The position numbers and the translations under genes were made by a program. A stretch of DNA of 64,000 nt from positions 1 through 64,000 of the forward strand of contig CBDCCI010000001.1 in NCBI GenBank assembly GCA_965214705.1, in the 5' to 3' direction. The notes beneath the pieces are model-generated. The model worked only from the letters and a program-made list of their open reading frames with translations, had not been told where the DNA came from and did no database searches. The DNA is from Alphaproteobacteria bacterium (GTDB lineage Bacteria; Pseudomonadota; Alphaproteobacteria; UBA828). This document shows positions 1 through 11,125 of this stretch, in pieces; position 1 is the first letter of the stretch, and the number at the start of each line of letters is the position of its first letter.

Positions 1-621
1 CTGTTCGGAGGCGCGCGCGTTGGATCGCCGGGCGCAGCTGGGACAACGCGCAGTGCCAGCGACAGGAATCGAGCAGTCCACGCACGCCCTCTGTGCCCTG
101 CGTCTGGCGTAGCGCTTCCTGGCGGCCGTCTTCCTGCGTTCGGGCGACGTGCGGTCGGCTTCGAGCACGGCGCACCGGCCGCAGCGGGATGAGCCGCCAA
201 ATGTTGGTTGCCCGCACCGCACGCATCGTCCGGCAGCACGGCGGTCGGCGTATCGCTCGCGCTCGATCGCGCGCTGCTCCCCGCGGCACGGCTCGCAGAT
301 GGAACGGCCATCGGCGGGCCGGCAGCGGCCGCAGGACGTACAGAGGCCTGCGTCCTGCCTTTCCCTTCGCCGCCGCTTGTCGGCGGCGCGGGCGGCGCGC
401 CGCGTCGCTTGCGGATTGCGGCCGGCGTAGATCCTGCCCTCCGCCCTGGCCCTGGCGCGGCGGGCCTTCTCGGCGGCACGCCTTTTCTCGCCGCAGCGCC
501 GGCACAGCTTGAGGCCGGGCTCGGGCGGATACTTGCCACAGCGCGAGCACGTGCCCCGCGCAATTCGTTTGGCATGGCGCCGGCGCTGACGCTGGCACAC
601 ACGTGCGTCGCTGCTGGACAT
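1..621 (-). CDS. Cys/Arg-rich multi-Zn-ribbon protein (runs off the window start); paralog of 28558-29409
   Basis: Manual translation from ATG at 621 gives MSSSDARVCQRQRRRHAKRIARGTCSRCGKYPPEPGLKLCRRC..., with repeated CxxC pairs, collinear with 28558-29409. Confidence 0.7.
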   Translation of the reverse strand, partial: MSSSDARVCQRQRRRHAKRIARGTCSRCGKYPPEPGLKLCRRCGEKRRAAEKARRARARAEGRIYAGRNPQATRRAARAADKRRRRERQDAGLCTSCGRCRPADGRSICEPCRGEQRAIERERYADRRAAGRCVRCGQPTFGGSSRCGRCAVLEADRTSPERRKTAARKRYARRRAQRACVDCSIPVAGTARCPSCARRSNARASEQ

Positions 622-690
622 GACAACCTCAATGACGTGGGTGTAGCCGAAGGTCGGGAGCCGGGGTGGCGCCTCCGGCCGGGCCGCCGG

Positions 691-1011
691 TCAGCAGCGC
701 CACTTGCCGCGCAGCGCTATCCCGGCGGCGGAGTCTCCGAAGAGCTGCATGCCCGCGTCGCGATCGACACTGGTGGCGACGATGATTTCATTGGGCACCG
801 GTCGCAAACGCCGGACGGCCCTGCCCGAAAGAGTCGTGCGCCGTTCGCGCCGCCCCGCGCCCTCCTTGCCGGCACCGAGCGGGCGGATCTCGCCCGAGGC
901 CGCAGTCTCGTATCGCTCGACCACATAGCGGCCCTCCTCCTGGAGGCCGCCACCGAAGAAGTGCACCAGGTAGGTGTTGGCAGCGCGCTCGATCGATCTC
1001 GCCGTACTCAT
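691..1011 (-). CDS. Hypothetical 106-aa protein; paralog of 29485-29805
   Basis: Second copy is the same length and most differences are synonymous in this frame (GAA/GAG, AAT/AAC, TAT/TAC, GAT/GAC, CGA/AGA). Confidence 0.75.
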   Translation of the reverse strand: MSTARSIERAANTYLVHFFGGGLQEEGRYVVERYETAASGEIRPLGAGKEGAGRRERRTTLSGRAVRRLRPVPNEIIVATSVDRDAGMQLFGDSAAGIALRGKWRC

Positions 1012-1269
1012 CGTCGGCCCTCCGCGGTTCGCAGTCGCGAGCGGCAGGCAGCACTATCTCCGCCAGGCCGCCCGCCCCGCCGCCCCGGTTCCGGCCGGCC
1101 TCTCCCACTTGCCGGCGCGGAACTGCGCTGGCGGCGCAGAACGCCGGCCGGCGGCGCCGGTTCGGACGGGGAGCGGGACCTGCCGCTCGGAGAAAGTCGG
1201 GTTGGCGATGGACGGGCACAGAGTGTCGCGCGACCGGCCTGGCGCCCTCAGGCGGCGGACGAAAGTGCG

Positions 1270-1779
1270 TCAGTGGCGGCGCTCGATGAGAGGTTCCTCC
1301 GGCAGGACACGACACGGGACGGGCGGACCTACGCAGTCTTCTTGCGACGAGCGGAAAGTGCCCCAGCCCGGCAGCGCCCCTATGGATACAACCCCTACAA
1401 ACACCCCCTCGCCATGAAGATGTCCGTGACCGCCGCGGGGCGGCGCGCCGCTTCCCGTCGGTCTCGTGGTCGCCGTCGAGGCATCGACAGCATGGATCTG
1501 GCTGACCTGTAGACGCTGGCGGCTCTGCTCGACCTCGCAGGTCACGGTTGCGCCCTCGGGCAGGGTGTCGTAGCCTGCCCATGACAGCACGGACACATGG
1601 TAGAAGACTTCGCGCGAGCCGTCGACGGGCGTCAGGAAGCCGAACCCCATCGCCGGGTTGAACCACTTCGCTTTGGCAACGACAGTGGCGCCGATCCTGA
1701 AAAGCCCTCCCGCATTCTGAACGACCTGCCTTCGTGAGATGCCCGTGCGCACCCGCCGCAGGGCGGCCATCATCCCCAC
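1270..1779 (-). CDS. Cold-shock domain protein, probably a degenerate two-domain Csp (start uncertain)
   Basis: KWFNPAMGFGFLTP...VFYHVSVL...GYDTLPEGATVTCEV matches the RNP1/RNP2 cold-shock motifs. Confidence 0.7.
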   Translation of the reverse strand: MGMMAALRRVRTGISRRQVVQNAGGLFRIGATVVAKAKWFNPAMGFGFLTPVDGSREVFYHVSVLSWAGYDTLPEGATVTCEVEQSRQRLQVSQIHAVDASTATTRPTGSGAPPRGGHGHLHGEGVFVGVVSIGALPGWGTFRSSQEDCVGPPVPCRVLPEEPLIERRH

Positions 1780-1888
1780 GGCCGGGCTAGAGCGACAGAG
1801 CGGCGCATGCCTTGCCCAAGCTTCCAGCTGCCGGGCAAGTTGAGCTCATCCTGTTCGATAATCATCAGACTCACCGGGACAACCGATT

Positions 1889-2851
1889 CTATTTGTGAAT
1901 CAAGGCTGTCACACAGTCCTCCAATGCTGCATGTGCAGTGCAAAGTGCTGCGGCCTGACGCGCGGCGTCGAGTAGTTCGGCGCAGGCCTCTATGGCTGGC
2001 TCCATATTTTCATCTTGGCCATCCATTAACTCGAAGCGGACTTGTTGCAGAACTTCTTTCGCTTGCGACGCGGCGTGTGCCAATCTCTCGTAAGCTGTGC
2101 CGGTAGTCATGTGTTCGTGGCCCAAAATTACCAAGCCGACAGATCGTTGAAGAATATCGTTGGTAAGCACCGGCCGGTCGGCCATATTCAAATGCTCCGC
2201 AGATTCGATCGGATCATCCAGCGTCGCAACCGACGAGACAATGATGTCGGCGGCATCTTTCGCAAACTCGCGGCACCAACTTTGAGCGCTGGCTCCCCCC
2301 ATTGTCTCAAGCAGAACGCGCTCCCCATTGTCGACCTCGTGACCTCGTTCTATCGCACTGATCGTCCTTTCTCTGCGTAATGCCACATCCTTGCTTTCGT
2401 CGGCATCGTCCTCAACATTTGAGATAATCCACTCTAGAAACTCGTTGGCTTTGTCTGCATCTTCGAGTTGGCCTGCAGCTCTTGCAATCTCATCGCCAAG
2501 GATACCACTTGCTGCCACATATCCCATACCTTCAACATTGCGAAGAATGCAGTGCAATGCCTCCACAGAGCGTCGAGCTGCTGAGCCGACAATAGTGGCT
2601 AGATTGAATCTATCCTGATCGTCGTTTGGAAGGTTGAGCTGATCAGGGTGATTCTGAAGGATTTGGTTCAAACGCTTTAGGGATTGGCTTTCTGACTCAA
2701 GATGTGCAAAGGTATCAGCTGCGGTCGCGCTATCGCACAACAGCCACCAATTCATTTCTAAATCCGGACCCGGCGCCCAGTGAGGCATCTCCGTTTCTAT
2801 GGTGGTTGCGGCAGCATTTAATTCGTCGATCAGGGGCATGGCGGAATTCAT
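1889..2851 (-). CDS. Hypothetical acidic, helical protein in a lower-GC patch
   Basis: Long ORF with natural-looking composition in AT-richer DNA; no motif recognised. Confidence 0.6.
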   Translation of the reverse strand: MNSAMPLIDELNAAATTIETEMPHWAPGPDLEMNWWLLCDSATAADTFAHLESESQSLKRLNQILQNHPDQLNLPNDDQDRFNLATIVGSAARRSVEALHCILRNVEGMGYVAASGILGDEIARAAGQLEDADKANEFLEWIISNVEDDADESKDVALRRERTISAIERGHEVDNGERVLLETMGGASAQSWCREFAKDAADIIVSSVATLDDPIESAEHLNMADRPVLTNDILQRSVGLVILGHEHMTTGTAYERLAHAASQAKEVLQQVRFELMDGQDENMEPAIEACAELLDAARQAAALCTAHAALEDCVTALIHK

Positions 2852-3019
2852 CCCTAACTGAGCGAGTTTCAAAGAAGCTATTCTGACCACCGGAAATTCG
2901 CTCTGGTTGTCGTCACCGGCTGGGCGCGGCACGCATTTGCGGTGGCCTAGATGCAAGGGCTGAGGATCGCTGTTCGGTCGCTCCGATTTTGCGAGCCCTC
3001 GCCATCGCTCACTTAGCGC

Positions 3020-3568
3020 CTAGCGGCTCGGATAAGCGTCCAAGACTGCTTCGATCCGCTCGCGCCCGTAACGCTCGCACAGCACGAATAGGTAGGCGTG
3101 GGGAACCACGTGCTCAGGCTCCTCGATGAGGTGTTCGGCCTCGATGATCTCGGCGCTTGCGATCTTCTTCGTTTCTCCACGAAGGTGCTCGATTTCTAGA
3201 TCTCGCTGCGCCTCTTCCGCAAGCTCGTCTTCTGTACGGAGCCGAGGCAGCGCACGGACAGTCCCCACATGCGTATTACCCGGTATGCGGTCGCCCTGTG
3301 AGCTCACCAAATAGATCTTCAAACGACGAGCGTTGATGTCAGTCGACAACAAGTCGGTTGCCGTTTGGAGCAAACTGTGCACGGTCTCGGTCTCGGCGGC
3401 TCTTGGCACTGAACCGACCTTCCTCCGCTTGACTTGCCAGTCCGAGCGCTTCTTTCTCCCATTCGCATCATACAGGTGCAACTCGGTACCTAGAGGAAGT
3501 CCCTGCCGCTTCACAAATTTTCGGGAATATCCATCCCAGGTCGAGTGGATCAGCCCTTGCCTTTTCAT
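3020..3568 (-). CDS. Hypothetical protein with possible tandem ubiquitin-like (beta-grasp) repeats
   Basis: GGAGGA RBS before ATG 3568; similar segments GLPLGTELHLYDANGRKKRSDWQV and RLKIYLVSSQGDRIPGNTHVGTVR. Confidence 0.55.
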   Translation of the reverse strand: MKRQGLIHSTWDGYSRKFVKRQGLPLGTELHLYDANGRKKRSDWQVKRRKVGSVPRAAETETVHSLLQTATDLLSTDINARRLKIYLVSSQGDRIPGNTHVGTVRALPRLRTEDELAEEAQRDLEIEHLRGETKKIASAEIIEAEHLIEEPEHVVPHAYLFVLCERYGRERIEAVLDAYPSR

Positions 3569-3648
3569 GTCGTCAGTCCTCCATGAACACGCTCCAAGCA
3601 TTGTTAGCACATATGGGGGGTAGTGTAAATAGACTGGGGTGGGTCTAA

Positions 3649-4840
3649 CCCAACTTGAACAGTGGTTTCAGAATGTATTCGTGATTACAGGTGCTTATGA
3701 GCGCGCCTGCGGTTCTTAGCACCACAGGGCGGGAGCAGCGCCTTGTGGCGATATCAGCGCGAGGGGGTTTCGGCGATGTTGGGCGGCAGGGCGACGCCTG
3801 CGGCGCGGAAGGCGGGGCCGACGTCGCCGCTCACCGGCGTGCGGACCGTGATGCGCTTGTTGTCCTTCTCGATGACGCCGCTCTGGAGGCGGTCGAGGTC
3901 GCGCACGAGCCTCTCCCATTCGGGCCGGAAGCCGGCCCTGGCGCAGCGCTCCTGGAGCTCCTTGGCAAGGATGAGCGCGAGGAACGAGCAGAAGACGTGG
4001 CCGCGGATCGCGCCGTCGCAGGAGTGGAAGATCGGGCGGGTGTCGAAGGTGGTCTTCGCCGCCCGGAACAGGGCCTCCACCATGAGCAGCTCCCTGTACC
4101 GGAGCAAGGCGTTGAGCGGGGTGATGCGGGCGTTGGTCCTGAGCACGAAGACGCCGTCGTAGCGGGCCTCCTCGGCGGGCTTGCCGGCATCGGCCTCGAA
4201 GGCCGCGCCCTTGCCTGAGCGGCGCAGATAGCGCCGGTAGCCTGTGTTGGCGATCAGCGCCTTCTCGCCCTGCTTCAGCCGGCGCTGAAGGCCGTCGACG
4301 ATGGCCAGCCGGTCCGCGCGGTCCTTCTCGGCCTCCGCCTCGTTGCGGCAGACGATGTAGCGCACACCGCCTGCGCTGACCTCCTTCACGAACAGTTGGG
4401 TCTCGCCGCGGGCGCGCTCAATCCGAAGCGGCACGAACGGCGTCTCGTTCTCGAGCACGATCCGGCGCACGCGCACGTCGCCGCGCTCACGGGTGCCGAG
4501 GACGTACTCCAGACCCCGCTCCTCGAGCGCCGCAATCGTCGCCGTCGAGATCATGCCCCGGTCCGCCACAACGCAGACGCGCCCGATCGCGAAGCGGCTG
4601 CGCAGACGGTCCACAATAGGCAGCAGCACCGTGCTGTCGGAGGTGTTCCCCGCCAGCATCTCCGTGCACACCGGCCGACCCTCGCCGTCGATGACCACGG
4701 CCAGAACCATCTGCTTCAGGTCCGGCCGGTAATCCTTCGAGTAGCCATGGGCTCCCAGCGTCTCGCCGCCAGCGCCTTCGAAGCTCAGCGAGGTCGTGTC
4801 CACGAACACGAGGCCGAGCTCGCTGAACAGATCCCGCCTA
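3649..4840 (-). mobile_element. IS1634-family element, 5'-truncated (transposase C-terminal part 3754-4840)
   Basis: FVDTTS...GYSKDYRPDLKQ, VADRGM, VEALFR...RPIFH motifs; terminus CCCAACTTG at 3649 resembles the other IS1634 ends in the window. Confidence 0.85.
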
Positions 4841-4890
4841 ATGGTAACGGGGCGTCATAGACAGCCTGGGTCGACAATCCGCTTGTCGGC

Positions 4891-4995
4891 GCCCATGTCT
4901 GCGACCGCGACCTGCAGGCCGCCGCCGAGCGCATTGGTAAAGCCATCGAGGCCGCAATGGAGACCGGCGGGGCGCCAGCAGCAGCATCGACCTGA
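4891..4995 (+). pseudogene. C-terminal remnant of a tyrosine integrase
   Basis: AHVCDRDLQAAAERIGKAIEAAM resembles the tails after the catalytic Tyr of the integrases at 32945-35392. Confidence 0.55.
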
Positions 4996-5023
4996 ATGCA
5001 CGCTGCACGGGCCAGGTTTTCGA

Positions 5024-5115
5024 TGTTGATCGGCACCCAATGTTGACCCTATGGGGTCGAGCTATATCAACGAGGTAACCCGCTGATCGGCGTCCAATTT
5101 ACGTGCCGGTCAACA
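5024..5115. repeat. 92-bp MITE-like/IS21-type end pair
   Basis: TGTTGATCGGCAC...GTGCCGGTCAACA terminal inverted repeats (TG...CA); no target duplication seen. Confidence 0.5.
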
Positions 5116-7994
5116 AATGTCGGTCGTTGACGTAGTCGAGCGCTGAGTGTTGGTCAGCACCGAATTGAAGGGCCAGATCATTAATTCGGCGGGGATAGAT
5201 CGATGGTAAGTTGCTGGAGTTGATCGACGGAGAAATCGGCCCGTTCAAGGAGGGCGATCAGTTCTTCCTGCCGCGGCTGACCGAAGACGACGCGGTAGGC
5301 TGCGAGCTGCCGCTTCAAGCGCCGATAGGCTTCGACTTCCCTCGTATATTGCAGCAGGGGGACGTACCGCTCGACCCGGCAATTTCCCGAGGCGATCCAG
5401 TGGGGCACGAGGTCGGAGTCGCGAGCCTCCCGCGCTGATTGATCGGCGTGATCGAAAATCAGAGTCCAGAGATCGTCGCCCGGCTGCCATGATTCGAGCG
5501 CGGCCTCACCCTGGGCAGCCGCCACGTTGCGCCGGACGGCATGGCCTTTGTAGCGGTGAACGCGGCCCTCGCGCTGTTCGAGGTCGACCGGATTGCCCGG
5601 CAGGTTCCAGTGGACCAGCCGATGGCACCAGGTGTGAAAGTCCAGCCCCTCCTGTCCGATCGAGGTGCTGGTAAGCACCAAGGGCCGGAACGGGCTGTTG
5701 AACGCGGCGCGAACCATGTCCTCGCTGACGTTCTCGTCGTTCTCCGCGGGCGAACGGCCAAAGCGAAGAGCGAACACCGTTCGGATTCGGATTTCCTTCG
5801 GATCGAGGCCATCAGAGGCCCGGGCCTCACGAAAGCGGCCGTGAACGCGTGATCTGACGGGATGCACCGCGTTGACGAGCGTCTTGACGCATTCGCATGC
5901 GAGCGCCGTGGCGTCTGCGGTGTCCGACCAGGCGTTTTGCTCCCACAGCAGGTGCCATTGTTCGTCGAGCACGGCCTGGAGATTGCCTTGGCAGCAATAC
6001 TCCAGGACAAGCCGCCAATAGTACGTGTCGCTGCGCGAAGCCTTCTTTCCGGCGGAGAGCTGGCGCATCAGCGAAATAACCGCGGGCTGATTGAACAAGC
6101 TCCAGAAGGCATGGGCGACGGTTACGGCGAGCCTGCGGCGAGTATCGGATGCCAGGCCGGGAACGGCATCGAGGCTGCGCAGGGCCAGGATCGCGGGCGC
6201 GCCAAGGGCGACCTCGGTCAGCAGATCGGCGAGGTCGGGCGGACGGCGGCCCAGCTGCTCCGGTGGCAGGTCGAGGAGGTCGTCGACGTAGGCGCCGAAC
6301 AGTTCGGGATTCGGTCTCGGCAGGGACTTGTCGTCGTCGACCGCCGGAACGTCTTCATCCCGCCATGCTTTCAGGAAGGCTCGCAATTCGGGGTCGAGAA
6401 ACAGCGGCGCTGCCCATTCCCAGCGATCGTCGACGGGACAGTCGTGCGGGTCCGGGATGTCCGGGGCTGACAGCAGGTTCTCCACGGCGTGACGGACCCA
6501 CTTGCGACGGTCGTGCCCTGGAGGGGCGTTCAGCGGATGCGCCCGGTCGGCAAGCGGCAGACATGGCAAGAGAAGAAGCAGAAGACGATGGCGAGACCTG
6601 ACTCTCGCAGCGGACTGGGTGAGACGCAGCAAGGGAACCTGCTGCCTTGCCGGATTCTCGTAGTTGCGGATCCGACCTCCCGTCATGCGTCTCTCGGCCT
6701 CGTAGCTGAGGACTGCGCTGACAACGTCCGGGACGACATTCCACGCCGAAAACAACAGTGACTTGGTGACGCCTGCCTTGTCGTGGAAAGGGCCTTCGAG
6801 CGGCCAATAGGGCAGAGTCGGCGGTACCCAAAGGAGACGCCAGACCCCCGAGTCGAGTTGATCGTTCACCATCTCGCGCATCTTCGGATGCGCGGGATCG
6901 AGTTCGGACCACCGGTGCAAGTCCTCGGCAGACAGAAAGGACCGGCTGTGGGATCGCAGCACCGCGGCAACCGTGGAAGGATACTGTTCGCGCGCCTCCT
7001 CGAGCCGGTCGTTGAACTTGTAGCCGCGCATGAAATGAACGAGGTAAGGGGCCGATTTCCAGTACGGCATCGGATCCCGGTCGCCGACGGCCTTGAACAG
7101 GGCGTCGGATGCGAGGTACTGGCGCACGTCCACCGGCTTGAGCGAGATTGCGGCTCCGGGTTCGCTCAACATGGAGTCCCGTTCGTCGCTGGCGGCGACC
7201 CTCTCGGTTCTGGCCATAACGGCGCGAAGCGCGTTCTCGACGTCCGTCTTTGTATCGGCGGCGGCCTGGAGCGAATTCCTGTCTTCCGGTGTTGCCCGCT
7301 TCAAGGCATTGGCAAACCGGGCGAGATCCCGGGCCAGGCTTTCGACATTGGATGTCTGGCCGCCGAAAAGGAACCGTGTGGTGGCCAGGAAGTCCTCGTA
7401 GTGATCCTCCTGCTCGATCTCGGCGTCGGTCGTGTAGAGCTTGTAGGGCGTTGCCGAGAGTAGCAGGGTCGGGACGGGTCGGCCGTCGTGCGCCTTGGTC
7501 TTGAACAAGGATTGCGCAAGCTCGGCAGCCGGGCTGAGATGGTCTTCCCGCGTGTCGATTAGTGGCTTGAACCGCTGGAACTCGTCGAGGATGACCAGGT
7601 CCGGCTCGAGGGCCTGGATGCAAACGGCGGCGAGGACCCGCCGCAACTCGCCGATCAGTTCGTTGCGTCCCCTTCGGGCTTCGTCCGGCCAAGTTTTCCG
7701 GTAGCGTTGGAACCAGGTATCGAGGAGATCGCGCAGCTTGCGCCGCAGGTCGTCCCGCTGCTCGAGTTCCTCGTCGAAGTCCTGCCGAATCCGGGGCTCG
7801 ATCGGCTGCTCCGTGCCGAGCCCCCAACGCCAGCTGTCCTTCCTGGTCACCCGGCCCTGCAGGAGGTTCATCAAGGGCGTTCGCTGCCCGACGTGCGGGG
7901 CCAGGAGATGAAACGTAAGCGGTACGCAGACCCCATACCGGAATCTGGCTTGACTACGACGGGGATTTCTTGAGGAGCGCCGTGAGCGCGCGAG

Positions 7995-9710
7995 TCATTT
8001 TGCCTCGGGCTGGAAGTTCCACGGCAGAAGCTCCTGGATGCCCGACTGCGGGTGGCCCTTGGCGATCTTCTCGAGCGTGCTCCGCATCCAGGCGTAGGGC
8101 TCGACGCCGTTCATCTTGCAGGTCTCGATCAGCGAGGCGATGCGGGCCCAGGCTTGCGCACCCTCGTCGTTGCCGGCGAAGAGCGCGTTCTTGGCGGTGA
8201 GCTTCAGCGGCCGGATTCGGTTTTCCACCAGGTTCGAGTCGATCTCGACACGACCGTCGTGCAGGAACTCCAGCAGCCCGTCCCACTGGTTGGCGATATA
8301 GGTCAGCTTCTCGCCGAGACGCGAGCGCGGTGAGACGCGCGAGCGCTGCTCGTCGAGCCAGACACCGAAGGTGTTCACGATCGGCGCCGACTCCTCCCAA
8401 CGGATCGCGCGGCGCTCCGCCGGCGGCTTGCCCCGGATCTTCTTCTCGATCGCATAGAGCTTCGCGATCCGATTCAGACCGGCCAGCGCGATCGGCGATG
8501 CGCTCGAGTCGTATACCTCTTTCAGCTTCCGTCTTACATGCGCCCAACAGAGGGCCCGCGTCACAGGGCCTTCCGCCCGGTCCGGCCGCGCCAGGATGTT
8601 GTGGCCCGAGTAGCCGTCGAGCTGCACCGTCCCCGAAAAGCCCTCCATAAGCTCGGCGCCATACTTGCCGCCGCGGCCGGGCGCATAGCGATAGACGACG
8701 CCCGGCGGGTCCGTGCCGCTCCAGTGGCGCTCGTCACGCACAAGGGTCCACATGTAGCCCGTCTTCGTCTTGCCCCGGCCCGGGTCGAGAACGCGGATCG
8801 TGGTCTCGTCCAGACCCAGGTGATCCGACTTCTTCAGCTCATCCTCCAGGCAAGCGACCACGGGGCGCAGGTGAAACGACGCCTGGCCCACCCACGTCGC
8901 CAGCGTCGCACGGTGAACCTCGATCCCCGAGCGCTCGTAGATCTGCGACTGGCGATAGAGCGGGCAATGATCGCCGTACTTCGCGATCAGCACCTGCGCC
9001 AGAAGAGCCTCGGTGGGAAGGCCGCCCTCGACCAGAGCGGCCGGCGCCGGCGACTGCACCACCCCGCCCCCCTTGCACTTGTTGCAGGCGTAGCGGGGGC
9101 GCACGGTCTCGATGACGGTGAACTTCGCCGGCTCATAGTCCAGCCGCTCGCTGCGGTCCTCGCCGATCTTCGTCATCTCGCCGCAGCCGCAGGGGCACAT
9201 GATCGTGTCCGGCTCGATCACCTCCTCGCGCCGGTCGACCTGGGGCCCGAAGCGCACCCCGCTGCGCGACCCCCGGGAAGAGCGCCGCCGGCGCTTGCCG
9301 CCAGCCCCCTCGTCCTGCTCCTGGTCATCTGCCTCGGGCCGACCGCCGGCTTCAGCGATCGCCGCCCAAAACTCCTCGAACGTAAGCTGGCGCTCGTCCT
9401 CGCCGAGCTTCTCGGAGCGCGGACCGAACAGCGCCTTCCTGAGCTCCTTGTTGAGATGCTCAAGCCGGCTGATCTGCTCCGCGCTCTGCGCGTTCTCGGC
9501 CTCCAGCCGTGCCGCCCGCGCTTCCGCCGTCTGCCTCGCCGCCTCCGCCGCGCCGCGTGCCTGCTCCGCTTCGCATAGGGCTGCTTCCGTCGCCCGGCGC
9601 GCCGCGCGCTCGTCGTCAAGCTCCGCATGCAGGGCCGCCAGCGCCGCCGAAACCACCGCAGGCGACGGCGAACCGGCGCTGCTGAGGGGTGAGGGCGTGA
9701 CCTTCGGCAT
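7995..9710 (-). CDS. tnpC: IS66 transposase TnpC
   Basis: FGPRSEK, CPCGC Zn finger, LDETT, CWAHVRRK, IDSNLVENRIRP. Confidence 0.93.
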   Translation of the reverse strand: MPKVTPSPLSSAGSPSPAVVSAALAALHAELDDERAARRATEAALCEAEQARGAAEAARQTAEARAARLEAENAQSAEQISRLEHLNKELRKALFGPRSEKLGEDERQLTFEEFWAAIAEAGGRPEADDQEQDEGAGGKRRRRSSRGSRSGVRFGPQVDRREEVIEPDTIMCPCGCGEMTKIGEDRSERLDYEPAKFTVIETVRPRYACNKCKGGGVVQSPAPAALVEGGLPTEALLAQVLIAKYGDHCPLYRQSQIYERSGIEVHRATLATWVGQASFHLRPVVACLEDELKKSDHLGLDETTIRVLDPGRGKTKTGYMWTLVRDERHWSGTDPPGVVYRYAPGRGGKYGAELMEGFSGTVQLDGYSGHNILARPDRAEGPVTRALCWAHVRRKLKEVYDSSASPIALAGLNRIAKLYAIEKKIRGKPPAERRAIRWEESAPIVNTFGVWLDEQRSRVSPRSRLGEKLTYIANQWDGLLEFLHDGRVEIDSNLVENRIRPLKLTAKNALFAGNDEGAQAWARIASLIETCKMNGVEPYAWMRSTLEKIAKGHPQSGIQELLPWNFQPEAK

Positions 9711-9803
9711 GGGCCACCCCTTAATCCGATTCGCCAATGCATGACCAGGGAAAAGTGCAGGCGGGACCGCGACCGAAATCTGCGGCCCCGCCTGCGTGCC
9801 GCC

Positions 9804-10154
9804 TCACTCCGCCGCCAGCGGGCGGCGAACCGGGCGGGCCTTCACCCGGCGCCAGTCCAGACCCTCGAAGAGGGCCTCGAACTGGCCCTTCGTAAGGCGC
9901 ATCACACCATCCTCGATCCGAGGCCAGGCGAAGCGGCCCTGCTCCAGACGCTTGTAGGTCATCACCAGACCGCTGCCGTCCCACGCAAGGAGCTTGAGCC
10001 TGTCGCCGCGGCGCGAGCGGAAGATCACGATCACCCCGGAATAGATATCGAGGTCCAGCTCCCCCGCCGCCGTCGCCGCAAGCGCGTCGTGGCCGCGACG
10101 AAAATCAACCGGCCGCGTCGCCAACACGATGCGAAGCGAGGGGGCCGCGATCAT
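9804..10154 (-). CDS. tnpB: IS66 accessory protein TnpB
   Basis: PVDFRRGHDAL...FRSRRGDRLKLLAWDGSG...KRLEQGRFAWP. Confidence 0.93.
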   Translation of the reverse strand: MIAAPSLRIVLATRPVDFRRGHDALAATAAGELDLDIYSGVIVIFRSRRGDRLKLLAWDGSGLVMTYKRLEQGRFAWPRIEDGVMRLTKGQFEALFEGLDWRRVKARPVRRPLAAE

Positions 10155-10576
10155 GACGACGCCCGGCCCAGGCCCGAGGCCACCGCAACAATCCGATCGA
10201 CCGCGCTCTCCACCGGAAGGCGAACGACCACGCCTAGCGCCTCGATCGCCACCGTCCGCTCGGACGTCACGCTATCAACCACCACGGGAACAAATGGCGG
10301 TGCAGAGCCACCAATCCGAGCGCCCGGAAGAGTTCCCTCCCGCGCGCGCCGCCGCCACTTGGTCAGGGTCGTATCGCTGACGCCATGGCGGCGCGCGACC
10401 GCCGCAACCGAAGAGCCCGGCTCAAAGCTCTCCGAGACAATCCGCGCCTTCTCATCGTCCGGCCAGCGTCGCATGGGGGCCGGCTCAGACGGAGCCGGGG
10501 CGGCTCCCTCAGAAGCTGGGATCTCAACCGAAGCAACAGCGACACCGTCGCCAGATGCCAAAATCGAATCTGTCAT
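10151..10576 (-). CDS. tnpA: IS66 accessory HTH protein TnpA
   Basis: RRWPDDEKARIVSESFEPGSSVAAVARRHGV. Confidence 0.9.
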   Translation of the reverse strand: MTDSILASGDGVAVASVEIPASEGAAPAPSEPAPMRRWPDDEKARIVSESFEPGSSVAAVARRHGVSDTTLTKWRRRAREGTLPGARIGGSAPPFVPVVVDSVTSERTVAIEALGVVVRLPVESAVDRIVAVASGLGRASS

Positions 10577-11125
10577 CGCGATCTCTCCTGTGTGGCTCGT
10601 GGTCAAGGCGGAGAGTCAGCCCCGAAATCAGATCCGCTGGAAGTATGGGGGCCCGATACCGCTTACGATGAAACAGAAGCTCCCGTTCCCGGCGCTGACC
10701 GTCGGAATGCCCCATCGCGAACGACGTGCGCGGCGTGAAGCTCACGAAGTTCAGCTTGTTGTCCATGAAGCTTGGTTCGCCGTCGCGGGGCGCGAGCTCG
10801 GCGGCCAGCATGGTGAGACGGGTCGCCAGCGCGAAGGAGCGTTCGCTGGCGCCTCCAATCTGGAGTTTCGGAAGGTTGGCGCGGGCGATGCTGGCGTTGC
10901 TGCAAATGTAGACGATATCGATGCGATCCACGTCGTCCCAGAGATGGTCGATCGCCCTGGCGATGATGCCGCGCGCGATCAGCGTCTTCCCCAGACCGAC
11001 CTCGTCGGCGACGAGGAAGCGCGACGTGCTGTCTGTGTCCAGGAACAGCCGCCGGAAGGCATGGTCGACGGTGCGGCGCTGGAACGGCTTCAGCGGTTGC
11101 AGGATCTCCTCGATACGGGGCCGGA

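Larger units (their letters stand above)
7915..10666 (-). mobile_element. IS66-family element (tnpA-tnpB-tnpC)
   Basis: IRs GTAAGCGGTA.../...TACCGCTTAC; 8-bp target duplication GATGAAAC at 7907-7914 and 10667-10674. Confidence 0.95.
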
